Source of the DNA: Octopus sinensis
Lineage: Eukaryota
Reading direction: 5' to 3'
DNA: 64,000 nt
NCBI RefSeq assembly: GCF_006345805.1
Contig: NC_043005.1
Span: forward strand, 83,390,001-83,454,000
Positions 52,173-64,000 of this stretch are shown piece by piece. The translations under genes and the position numbers were made by a program. The notes under the pieces were generated by a model. That model saw only the letters and a program-made list of their open reading frames with translations, ran no database searches and was not told the origin of the DNA. Position 1 is the stretch's first letter. Each line of letters begins with the position of its first letter.

Positions 52173-54698
52173 ACTTGGAAAAGGATGTGTGGCATTCGAT
52201 CATATGATATAAATAATATATAAATATATGCATATATACATGCATATATGTACATTAAGGCCCACAGAGGCCCTAAGCACTTAAAAGGTAACTGTAGCCG
52301 TCTGAGAAATGAGCTCCGTGAGGTTGGGTGGTTGTTGCAGTGAGTATCACTGGCCATTCTCTGCGGCAACACCTTTGCAATCAGGTTAGCGAGGCATGAC
52401 TAACCATGCCACTTGTTCTAGAGTATACAACCCATTACTCCCTCCCTACACATATCTTCTGTTGCTTGATCACCTCTCCCTTTTTCTCGTTTTCTTGGTG
52501 CGGTAGCTATGGGATCTTTTTTTGATAATTTGGTCTTTTACATTTTCCATGATTTTTTGTTTTTTTTTTTTCTTCCTGTAAAAACATGCTAATTAAAGTT
52601 GAAACCACTGATGTAAATGGGCAACCAACACGTCTCCATTGCGATGTCTTCAATGATAAATATGAGCTTGTTAATTGGTTTGCCAATTATCCAGTTAGTG
52701 TTACATGTTTAGTTGGTGTATATCAATGACGTGATATCTCTTTAGACATTTTGAATTCCTATATTGTATTTCAGATGGACTGCTTTAAATCGAATCTTAT
52801 TTATCTTGAAAAACCAGCTCGCTAATAATTCAATATCCTTAATGCACAAAATTGTTTCAAGTGTTCATCGATTCCCTTGGATAACCACATAGAACTCTAC
52901 CACCCGCTTCACAGGGATCAATAGTGACCACTTTGCTTATCCCTACTCGACATAGATGCTTAGCCTTTTAGAAATAGCCAAATCTCCATTGTATTATACT
53001 GTATTGTCTTGAAAATAGAAAAGACGCATTCGAGAATGTATTCTTACATAAACAAAAGGATTTGATACCTTTCGTTATAGATCTAAGACAGTAGCTGACA
53101 GAATTGTTTGCCGGTCAAAATGCTTAGCGGCAATTTCTTCCAGCTCTTTACATTCAGAGACCACCTTTGCCGTTCATCCATCAGGAGTTGATATAGTACT
53201 AGTTGAGCACTGTGGTGGATGCAATCGACTTCCTCTCCCCACAAAATTGCTGGCCTCTTGCTCAAAATTAGAAGATTATAGGTCTGTCTGATCAGGGCTA
53301 AACAACAACATTAGCTATGACCAGGAAACCCCTGGGAAGTTGTTCGTCATTATAAGAAAAACAACCTGATTTCTCTCATAATCACGCCGTATTATCTTAA
53401 AAATAGAAAGACATCTTGTGCTATGTAGTCGTGTCCTACATATAGGAAAAGAACGGTGTTGCGGATCTAGTCTTTCTCATTTGCAAAATGAGCCCCCTTT
53501 GATTTTGCTCAGATTGTTTTAAGTTTTGGTGTATTGATGCAACTCCGAATTTTGATTACGATCAACCAATTACTTTATCTCGTAAATTAAAGAACCTGAT
53601 GTTATTTGGAATTAAAGTTGGAAAATTTGCGTAATTTCAGCCAATCAACAGACAGCGTGACATGAGCAGCTTGTTACCATGACAACTGCACGCTGTGTTG
53701 TGGTTCATTTCACTGTTGTCTGTGACTTAGTGGTTCACTTTGTTGTTGTCTGTGACGCACGTTGTTCTATGTTGATTCTCCACACCACGAGATTCTTTTC
53801 ACTTGCGTGTTTTGTTTTAATTTTTCTGTGTGTTAGTATATTACATATTTTTGAATTCTGCATGCAAAAAGCATATAAGATACAGGTATTCTTTTCCTTG
53901 GAACAAATTCTTTTTAGGCCAGTGTTATTCTTATTATAGTTTACAAATCCAAGCATGAAAACATTACTCAACTTTGGAGTTTTGAAGACACACACACACA
54001 TGAATGCATAATGTACATATATAGATATACAAATACATACATCCATATGCACTTAAATATTAATGATGTGCACAAATACATGACAGGTATGCCACAGTTG
54101 GAACACCTTTGATGTATAAATCTGCTTGAGCAGGGCTGACTTGGTGTTAAACATCAACAACATCAACAATATTTCCAATGCATTCACTTGAGTTCTTTCC
54201 AGTGACTTGACCTTCAATGCCTTTTTTATCTTAGACTAGATAATTAATTAATTAGTCCGCAAGTAAATCAATATTTTTAACATGAACATTTTATGTTATA
54301 TCGATACATGTTAATAGATACAGAACCGGTGTTTCATTGATGTATAAATGCATGGGAGAAAGAGAAGGGGGGGGGGCAACAAAAATCCCTCACACATTTT
54401 ACTGTTTGACAAACACTTTAACAGCAAACTCACGGAGTGCACTAGTCCAAACCATGGTGGCAACTGGATAGCAAATCCATTAAGCTACACGAAAACTTCA
54501 GTAGCGCTATGAACAAATGGCCATGTAAAATATGGGAGGTTTTTATGCTATGTATATATATATATATATATATATATACTTAAAGCAGCAGAAAATTCAG
54601 CAAAACCTGTTACTCTGCTTTAAATAAAGCATATTACTCTACCACTGGTATTTGAGTTCTCTTTTTTCCACCTTGTTTCACATTTGTGTGTTTACTCC

Positions 54699-54736
<38 letters not shown>

Positions 54737-56479
54737 CACACACACTCTCTCTCTCTTTCTCTCTCTCTAATGGCTCTGGGTTGTAAAACAAAATAAATAC
54801 ATTTGGAAAATGTTTAGTTCCAGGTCTCAGTCCTGATTGATGAATTTACATTGTCTAATGTGCTCTTTCATTTTATAAGATGCTAAGTTGTAATTTGAAG
54901 AAACTTGGCTGTTATTTCTAACTGAACAAGTGACCACACAGAGGCTTCTTAATAGCCCTGCAGGTTATTATTGGAATTGGCGCTTCTTTCTATTAGCTAA
55001 TGGACCATGATAATAAAACTTAGCGTATGTGACATGGTATGGGGCAGTAAAATGTTGTCTGGTGTGGTGTGATGTGGTGGAGTGTTGTGTTGTGGTGTAG
55101 TGTGTCTTCTATCAATCAAATGGCTAACTAAAACGTTATTGATTTTATAACTCACGGTTATCTGCTACAGAGTACACAAACGGTACATTATTCATTCCTA
55201 TTAGAAATTCTGTTGGTGTAGTGCCTGCTTTTGACTTTTTCAACATTTAACAAACCTGGCACTAATTGAAACTTATTCACCAGGGCAAACCAACGTTATT
55301 GGTTTCGAAAGAAAGATAATATAATATCCTGTGAGCTACAACAAACCGAACCAATGGAATGCCGCAGGTCTCAAGAGCTTTCAAAATTCATATCCTATTG
55401 TTGCTACCATCTAACCATCCCACCATCTTATCCTTGGTCGAGCAGTCCCCTGATCACAAGCATTCCGGCTGTGACCATCCTGTCTATTTTGCCCAGATGT
55501 GTTCATCTTTTTATTTATTTTTTTCTTTTTCAAGAAATTTTCGAGACAATTGTGCATGTGATTTGAGAAAGATTTGCATGCTATTCCTAGTTGGTCGTTC
55601 ATTTGTTGGCTCATTCATATTTTGTCTCAATAGAATGTGGACTGCTGCCAGCTTCGAGACCAAGTTTAGAACCTGTGATATAGGGGTTCAACCAGTACAT
55701 CAGTCCGGATAAATGAAGGGGCTTAAGACTATCTGCTGGGCTCTTTCTTAAAAGAAAAAAGTTTTAAAAAATGAAAAGAGAAAAAACTCAGCACTCTAAA
55801 GTTTTGAGAAGATCCATCTTCACCATCCTGGGCCCTAAAGTAGCTTTTGTTCCACCTTTCTCTTGGAAGCCCTCATCAAAACATGTTTTTTTCTAAAGTC
55901 CTGGCCAACCCAGCAATAAATAGGTGCTACTATGAATGTGGGGAAATTACAGTAATTTTTATTGTTAGCACCCACAAGGATGGCGAGCTGGTGGAATCAA
56001 CTTTACCTTTCTTTCCTCTGGGTGACCGTAGCTTCGTATTGTTTCCACAAGCAACCATTGGAGGTCTTCTCGCTCTGAGGGAATTTTCTTTTTTGTGTCT
56101 TTACTTTTGTTAATTTTACTGTTTACACACCTTCATGTAACCCCCACCTCATTTTCATATATTGTATCTATAGTACCATCCTCGATCTTCTTGTAAACCC
56201 TTAGTAATTAATAAGGAAATCATTATTAGACCTTACTTTTTCTAATGTTTGTGGAGACAAAATTTCTATACATCATCATTGTTTAACGTCCTCCTTTCAT
56301 ACTGGCATGGGTTGGACTGTTTGACAGGCGTTAGCCAGCCAGGAGCCTTCACTAGACTTCTGTGTCTGTTTTGGCACAGTTTTTACAGTTGGATGCCCTT
56401 CCTAACACCAACCACTCTGCAGAATGGACTGAGTTCTTTTTATATGGCATAAGCACAGGCGAGGTCAGTTTTGGCATGG

Positions 56480-57130
56480 TTTTTACAGCCGGATGCTCTT
56501 GAATGCTTATTTTAAAAGCAGATGAAATAACAAAATTTATTGAAGTTATTTTTCGTTCAATGACATCAAACTTTAGAAACGAACCAATATCCCCTCTTTC
56601 AGCGATTTTCAGACAATTTCTTTGTGATAATATGATTTGCCACACTAAAGCCTGATTTGACTAGATATGAAGCAAGAAAAGTCAGCAGTAAATTTAATAT
56701 CACTCTCCGTATGTGTGTATCAGGTAGATATTTTTCTTAATACTTTGCCTGATTTAAGGTGGTGAACTGACAGAATCATTAGCACAAGAGGCAAAGTGCT
56801 TAGTGATATTTCGTCCGCCTTTACGTCAAGGTCAACTCCACCTTTCATCTTTTTGGGGCCAATAAATTAAATACCAGTTGAGCCCTGGAATCGATGTAAT
56901 CGTCTTACCCACTCCCCTGAAATTGCTGGCCTTGTACCAAAATTCGAAACCAATATTTTGCCAGAACTTTTGAAAGTTGTCGCCACTAAAATTCTCTTTC
57001 CTCTTTTCATTATATTCTAGTCTTAATATTTCTTTCTGATAATATTCACCAATCTCAGCAGTGTCTGCAATGAACAAAAGGAATCACCATCCAGTCAAGT
57101 ACTTTCAAGTTTAAAAATCATGAAACTTTT
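56480..57130 (-). mobile_element. hAT transposase C-terminal remnant, interrupted by a SINE; a related segment lies at ~46465-46635 (+)
   Basis: DWMVIPF.ADTAE...KEILRLEY...KENFSGDNFQKFW resembles the hAT dimerisation-region pattern; the two copies align in inverted orientation. Confidence 0.4.
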
Positions 57131-57197
57131 GCCATATGACCTTACTGAATCTTTCTGTCTTCTTTGCAGTTGCAATCTCTCTCTCTCTCTCTTTCCC

Positions 57198-57229
<32 letters not shown>

Positions 57230-57873
57230 GCAATTGCGCTGTTTACGTCTGTATGTGTCTGTGTCAAAATTTTGTCAACAAACTCCTCCGCAACCACTGG
57301 ACAGATTTCAACCAAACTTGGCATGAGAAACAGTGGGTACCGGGAGTGTGTCATCATCTATATGGGATTCACAAAAATTAATCTGTCTGGTTCGAGTCTG
57401 GTCAAATCCGACAAAAACGAATTACCCCTCTTCCACTATTCAGTGACTCTCCTACTATTCGTCATCCTTACTACCTCTTTCTCTTATTGAGGGCTGTAGT
57501 GTGGGGAGTGGTAACTGAGAGAATTGCAGAGAATGTTACCTCTCATGACTCTCTCTTAACCAGTTGTGCTCTTTTCCATGTCTCCTTCAGTGTTACTTTG
57601 ATGTTTCTCTCTCATGTATATAGATGTGTGTATATATATATATATATATATACACACACATATACACACACACACATACTTGAAAATGGATGCATGGCGT
57701 TCAGTTAAATAATAATAGAAATAATATATATATATATATATAGTCCCGAGTGTTGTACTAATACATCTGTTTGTTTTTTACACCACCTGTCTTCGTCTTG
57801 TGTTTTTTCGTGAATTCTCCCTATATACATCATCATCATCATCATCATTTAGCGTCCGTTTTGATGATGATGA

Positions 57874-57911
<38 letters not shown>

Positions 57912-58929
57912 CATGAAATTTAATATTAAAAAATTTCTCATGAAGATATATATGTCTAAAATAGGATTGCATTAAAATTGTATGTAAAAATTTGTTAATG
58001 CATCTTTTATTTGAATGACTGGAAGATACCAATTTAAATTTGTTTTAGTTCGATTTCCTTGTATGTCTCCACAGTCCTGTTTTTATTCCCAACAAAACAA
58101 ACACGTGACCATCTTTCTTTTCCTCCAGGACGTCCTAAGGATTGGATGTCTTCTATCGTTTCTCTTTTCAAAGAAAATATTTCTCCAGCATTCACTATTT
58201 TACTCTCGTTTTGGTCTAACAACCCTCCATGTTTATTTTTGTTTGGTTTCCTTGTAAGTCTCCACTATCCTGTTTTTGTTCCCAACTTTAATCCTCCATA
58301 AATCTAAAATTTTATTTTGGTATTTATGGGAGCAACTGTCTTCAAAGAGAAGACTCATATTGTCGTTCAGTGCTCGAAATGAGGAGTAGACAAATAGCTG
58401 ACAACTGATGAAGGGTCGTTCATTATGTTACTTGCCCTGTTTTCCATTTTTCTCTCGTTGTTTGCTTATTTAACTCATTTGTTTTCGTATTTCATGTTGT
58501 TTACTGTTGGTGATGTCCTGTACCTATATATATATTACATATTGAACTCTCATACGGTGTTACCTTTCATAACTCTCTCTCTCTCTCTGTTACACACATA
58601 TTTACTACTTCTTTTACTTCAATTCTCTTTTAACCGGTTATGTTCTCTCCAATGTTTCAGTCAGGGTCATTTTGAAAAAAAAAAAATACTGTCAGTCTTC
58701 ACTGATGATTATATTGTAAAGAAAAGAAAAAGATAAGAATTTTCAGAATGGTAAAGTCAAAGAAGAAGAAAAAGGCCAAAAAAAGGTGGTGGTGTTGGTG
58801 GTAGTGAGGTACAAAGGAGGTGGAGGGATTAAGAAATTTGAAAAACCTGAATTTTTGAAAATAAGTTGGGGTTTTTTTTTGTGTCAATTGCGAGTGTTTC
58901 AGGTTGTATATTATGAAATATTGAAACAT

Positions 58930-59650
58930 ACCAAAATGATAAGTTATTTCGAGGGCACATTGAAGCAAGGCATGAGCAGTTAGCTATTTTGATTTTGTAT
59001 TGCTTATTCCAACGAAGATTTTCAGCTGGCTGCGCAGCCATTTATGCACTATTTTCTACACTTCATCTGTAGCAAATCTACAACCTTATAAAATATGCTT
59101 GAGCGATCCAAAGAGGTAATAGTCAGAAGAGGCGAGATCTGAACTGAATTCAGGCTGTTCCAGCAACTCAAAACCCAATTTTCCAATGGTTTCAACACTG
59201 TGGGAGGCCATCTATGAGCGTGCATTATTGTGCACCAAAAACAGTTGATTTGATAATAAACCTCAGTGTTTGATGCAAATTGCTGTTTTCAGTAAGCTCT
59301 TCTGGCACCAGTCTTATACAGATTTTACAGAAGTGAAGTTTGTTGTGAATGATTTTGTATGCAGAACTATGACTAATTTGCAAAGAACTTACCATCTCAA
59401 CAATGGTCACTTGTTGGTTCACCAGAATCATTTCCTGAACTTAATGAAGGTTGATATGCATCCAGCTCCCTTTTCTTGCTTTATGCTTGTCCAATCCACT
59501 CATACCCACTTCTTCTTAGTTAAGCAGTCCCTATATTGTACAGAAAGCCTGTAGAGAACTTCAGCCCCTGACACACTTCACACCAGAGAAATCAGATCAC
59601 TAATTTTCTTCTTCCTTGGTACACATTGCCAGTGGGGTGGCCATGTTTAC
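58930..59650 (-). mobile_element. Internally deleted mariner (DD34D-type) transposase remnant
   Basis: HTH region ILVNQQVTIVEMVSSLQISHSSAYKIIHNKLHFCKICIRLVPEELT fused to LGFELLEQPEFSSDLASSDYYLFGSLK (YSPDLAPSDY-like). Confidence 0.8.
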
Positions 59651-60321
59651 TCGGTAACACAAGAGAGAAGACCGGAGCAATCGAGGTCAAACCTTGATTA
59701 TGTAACTTCAAGAGTACCACCTTTTAGCACACAAAAGTTGAAGGCATTGCAGCTAACCTCAAGAAAGTTTTGGCAAAAGTGTGGATAATTTTTGACTATT
59801 AGTATATATGAATCTCCTTTGAGCTTTTTATTAAATGGCAAGCAGAAAAGAGGATTTCTTCACTTTCATGCATTGATCTGGTAGAGTTGCTTGGTAATGA
59901 TGATGATCCAGAACTCTTTGAAACAACCAACATTCAATATATCAATAATCCATGAGAAGTCATGAATCCAGCTTTGCCCTGCATGCAAGATAGAGAATAT
60001 GCAAAAGATACTGTAGAAATAGCTTCACTCTGGGAATTTCAGACTTGCAAAATGATTGATGCCTGCTTCACTGTAAATATATGTCCAAGGATGGAGGTAG
60101 GTCAATAATTCTAACAGTTTGAGGAGAGATATATAGATGTGTTTATGCTTACATACATACATACATACATACAAATATGCATGTATGCATACATATGTGT
60201 ATATATGTGTACATATATATATGTATATATGTGTGCATATATATATATATACACATATATGTGTGTGTGTTTGTGTATATATGTACATTATATATATATA
60301 CACATACATATATATCAATAA

Positions 60322-61192
60322 CATGGTACAGTAAATAAACTGTTGTCTAAATTACACAAAAATGAAAATAATGCTGACATCTCATTTTAACAGATATATA
60401 TACCAAAATTACATAAAAATATCTTGAAATACTCAAGAGTAAATTTATTCAATAAAATCGCCATTAACTTCAACCACGGCCTTGAGACAACTTTGGTATC
60501 TCCAGCAACTCATCTGAGCAGTCTCCTTGTTTAAATTGATGAATGCTGCCATAATCCTTGCCTTCAGTTCATCTTTGGTATTACAAGGAATTTTGATGAT
60601 CTCTTGCTCTACTGCGTTCCACACATAATAATCAAGGGGGTTGCAGTCTGGGGGTTAGGTGGCCAAATGTTAAGGGTGATGTTGTCACAGAAATTGTCTG
60701 ACAGCCATGACTGGGTTCTCCTGCTTGTGTGACATGGTGCAGAGTCTTGTTCGTAGATATAGGGTCTTCCTGCAACCACCCTCTTGACCCAGGGCTGCAC
60801 TACCTCCTCCAGGCACTTGATGTATGCCTCCATGTTGAGTTTGAGGCAGTGTGGGAAGATGAATGGCAGCACAACGTCACCATCACTAGTGATCACTCCA
60901 AACACCATTATAGTGACTGGCTGTTTGATTTTTATTACTCTCGGTACATGTCCTCAGATTGACACCCAAACGCTCTGAAATGTTCATATTGGAGCCTCCG
61001 GCATGAATGCCAAGCAGTACAGCATGTCATTTCCAAATTTCTGGCAGAGTGAATTGTGTCATGGTGCTGTTTTTCTCACAGACAGTGCCCAGATGACCCT
61101 ACTATACTGTGTAGTCAACAAAATAAAAAATAAACAATGTGGATGAGCAAAATTAAAAATATAAATGGCGACAATTTACCTATCATACTCTG
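60322..61192 (-). mobile_element. Internally deleted DD37D (maT-like) transposon, second copy
   Basis: ORF 60609..60908: MVFGVITSDG...QDSAPCHTSRRTQSWLSDNFCDNITLNIWPPN, then a frameshift to PDCNPLDY; 37 residues between the last two D when restored; ends homologous to the 19693-20567 copy. Confidence 0.88.
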
Positions 61193-61869
61193 TATATATC
61201 ATCAACATTGCTTAATGTCTGCCTTCCATGCTAGCATAAGTGGAATGGTTTGACAGGAGCAGGCCAGGTAGAAGCCTGCGTTAGAATTCTGCAACTGTTT
61301 TGGCAGGCTTTTTACAGCTGGATGCCCTTCCTAACACCAACCATTCAACAAAGTGGACTTAGTGCATTTCATGTGACAAGCACAAATGAGGTCAGTTGTG
61401 GCAAGGTTTTTACAGCTTGATTGCTCTTCCAAATGCCAACCATTTTACAGTGTGGACTGGGTGCTTTTAAGTGGCACCTGCACTGACAGGGTCACCAAGT
61501 ACTTGCAAGACAAATAATTCTCTTTTGAAAGGGGAGGGGGCATTGGAGGAGGTGATCTTGTGTCAGAAGATAAAAGATTATAGTGAGACAGAGAGACAGA
61601 AACAGGTGTCTTGCTGTAGAGGAGGTATAAGGTTACCAGGCCAGGGAGGAGAGAGACAGATCAGGAATGAAGGCAGAAACAGGTGCATTGTCTCAAAGGA
61701 AATGCATGGCTACCCAACCTGAGGGAAGTACATAGAAGGGGAGAGAGAGAGTGGAAGACAGCAGGATATAGATGGTGGCAAAGTGCCAGGAAAACTTCGA
61801 AGGGATGGGGATCAGAATGTAAATGGGATGGTTGAGTAAAGGAATAGAGAGATATATAGTTCATTCAGA

Positions 61870-62680
61870 GTTGCCTCTCTTAGATACATCTCATCGACAA
61901 GAGTCAATAAACTCGAAACATCGATGTTTGAGATTCCCAAGAGATGACGACACTGAATGAACTGGGTGTTTTTACACCTTTTTACCATAAGAGAGCTTTT
62001 TCTCCATGGTGACAAATCCAGGGTGAGGAATATTTGACCATAGATCTTGATGGCCGAGTGATTCACCACGTAAAGAGAGATATCCAAAGGAGCAGGATTG
62101 GTGGAGGTAAACCATCGAGGCCAGATACTTAAAGAGGCACCCCGTATCCACCATGAAGGACTTTGAAAAACTGGCATCTCTGATAAAGAATACACGATAA
62201 GGTGAATCGATGGGGGAAATGACTGACGTGTCTTCCTGCCAAGTTTCCCTGAGAAGAGTAGGAGCAGGGCTGTGTACATTTCTTGGCTTGGTCCTTGAAC
62301 TTCCTGTAGTACCATCTGACTGAGGGAGCAGGAAGTGTACGTGTGCATGAGAAGGAGCGGCACCTGGTCCTTCCTTTGGAATGATACCTTCAAAATGAAC
62401 GGTTTATACACGTGCGTGAAATCTGACGGGTCAGTTCTGCGATAGCCCACAAGATTTCAGAGGATTGCTTGTCAACCGGAGCAGAAGAAGTAGAGGGAGA
62501 TGAAGAAGCGACAAGGTTATCTGCAGAGGATGGTGAGCCAGAAAATTCCATAATCCTGCCTGCGGAGGCAGCAAGTTGTTCCATCATAAGAGCTAAAATC
62601 AACTGTACATTAGAAGGCATCCTCAAGAAAAATAGTTGTTTCAAAAATTTGTTTGTCCAAAATCATGCAGGAAGTAGAAG
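61870..62680 (-). mobile_element. Ty3/Gypsy gag-protease relic
   Basis: RWYYRKFKDQAKKCTQPCSY (CWYHxxFGxxAxKCxxPC-like gag end); FMVDTG followed by a 1-nt frameshift to ASLSIWP; NHSAIKIYGQIFLTLDL (retropepsin pattern). Confidence 0.8.
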
Positions 62681-63928
62681 AAAGTGTAGTATAAGTGAAG
62701 GGAGAGGAGAGAAAATAGTAATTCAGTGAAGAAGTAGTGAGAGCAATAGTCCTCATTGTAAGGGAGTGAGAGAAAGTAATAGCAATGAGGTCATGTATCT
62801 TCTGTTTTTCTCCATCACAGCATATGAATGAGAAAGAAAGGGGTGAAAAAACTCAACATTTCAACTCTGTGTGAGTGTATGTGTGTTTACGTAAAAAGAG
62901 GTATGTGAGTGTGTGTGTGTGTGTGTGCATGCACACAATGGAAATGGGATGGTGAACATTCAACGTTGAAAAGAAAAATCAAACAGCATTTCAGATCTGT
63001 GTGAGTGTATAAGGGGAGTATGTGAACATTGACAAGTGTATTAATTTGATTTACCATCCATATTGTCTACTATAATAATACTCTTGTATATTTCTCCGTC
63101 ACAACATATGAGTGAGAAAGGAAGGGGTGGTAAGATAAATAAGGAAGGAAGGGGTGATGGCAAACTTGGTAGTGGGATGATGGAAGTTTTATGATGAAAA
63201 AAGAAATCAAACAGCGTTTCAACTTTGTGTGAGTATATATGTATGTGTGTGTGTGTGTGTGTGTATAAAAGGGAGTCATGTGAATGAGTGTGTGCAATAG
63301 AAGCAGGATGGTGGGCATTCAATGCTGAAAAGAAAAAAACAAGTGTTTTCAACTCTGTGGAAGGGAAGTATGTAAATGTTTGTATGCGAGATTATGTACC
63401 TTATTTATATATATAAAATGCTACAATTAGCTGTCATTTTTGATGGCCAGCTAGTTAGAATATAATACTTATATCATAAGGTGGTGAGATTACAGAATCA
63501 TTAGCTTTACTGGATGAAATGCTTATTGACATTTCATTCAGCTTCATGTCCCGAGCTCAAATTCCGTTGTGATTGACTTTGCTTTTCATCCTTTCAGGAG
63601 CAATAAAATAAGTACCAGTCAAGTACTGGGGTCAATGTAATCAACTTATCCCCTCCCCACAAAAACTGCTGGCCCTGTGCCAATATTCGAAACCATTATA
63701 CTATGTTATATTACAAGAGCCAAAGGACTCAAAATGGTGCATATCCTTCCTGATGTCTCCTTTCTGGCATCCAGTATGTGGAATTTTCAACTGAATGCAC
63801 AAGCAAACTGTTTCCAAGTCTCTATTATAATGTATGACTTAATATTATGACAGTTCTATATTTAAGAGATGAAGAATTTTATGTACATTATTTATATTCG
63901 ACGGATATTTGTCTTCATCTTGTTTGTT

Positions 63929-63974
63929 AACACAACGTTTCGGCTGATATACCCTCCAACCTTCTTCAGGTGTC
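63929..63974 (-). ncRNA. Hammerhead-like motif (minimal type I variant)
   Basis: GACAC CUGAAGA A GGUUGG-AGGGUAUA-UCAGCC GAAA CG UU^ GUGUU. Stem I 5 bp, stem II 6 bp, palindromic ACGU stem III, one extra A before stem II. Confidence 0.55.
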
Positions 63975-64000
63975 TTGGGGAAATTTCAATGTTAACATTG

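Noticed and set aside
52586-52825. Possible two-exon 52-aa micro-ORF (52586-52693, 81-nt GT-AG intron, 52775-52825)
   Set aside because: No recognisable domain or promoter evidence; such splice-like patterns arise by chance in AT-rich DNA. It would need RNA-seq support.
58335-58395. Possible decayed hammerhead (UGUCU...CUC GAAA...AGACA)
   Set aside because: The core reads UCAAAGA instead of CUGANGA; unsupported.

Overview
Eukaryotic, AT-rich, repeat-dense genomic DNA. The SINE/LINE complement and long (TA)n and (GAT)n tracts suggest an octopod cephalopod (Octopus sp.); this is inferred from repeat families, not proven. Two spliced protein-coding genes face each other tail-to-tail. (1) The last five coding exons of a GH18 chitinase-family gene on + (616-8643; the 5' part lies upstream of the window). 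It ends right after the catalytic barrel, with no chitin-binding domain. (2) A three-exon Ly6/uPAR (three-finger, quiver/sleepless-like) gene on - (40586 to 13352; 145 aa, signal peptide, 12 Cys, GPI-type tail), with a TATA box and a ~25-kb first intron. The rest is transposon-derived: several tRNA-SINE families (some with intact TSDs), RTE, CR1/L2 and R4/Dong-type LINE fragments, DD37D maT and DD34D mariner remnants, a non-autonomous Helitron nested in a hAT-type MITE, other MITEs, and a Gypsy gag-protease relic. The most striking non-coding signal is a near-perfect minimal type I hammerhead ribozyme (47779-47839, -). It lies in a 354-bp unit with a 52-bp terminal redundancy embedded in (TA)n, which is the architecture of a retrozyme or Penelope pLTR. 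Two more hammerhead-like motifs in unrelated repeats occur at ~1.1 kb and ~63.95 kb. Most ORFs in the supplied track are microsatellite or TE artefacts.
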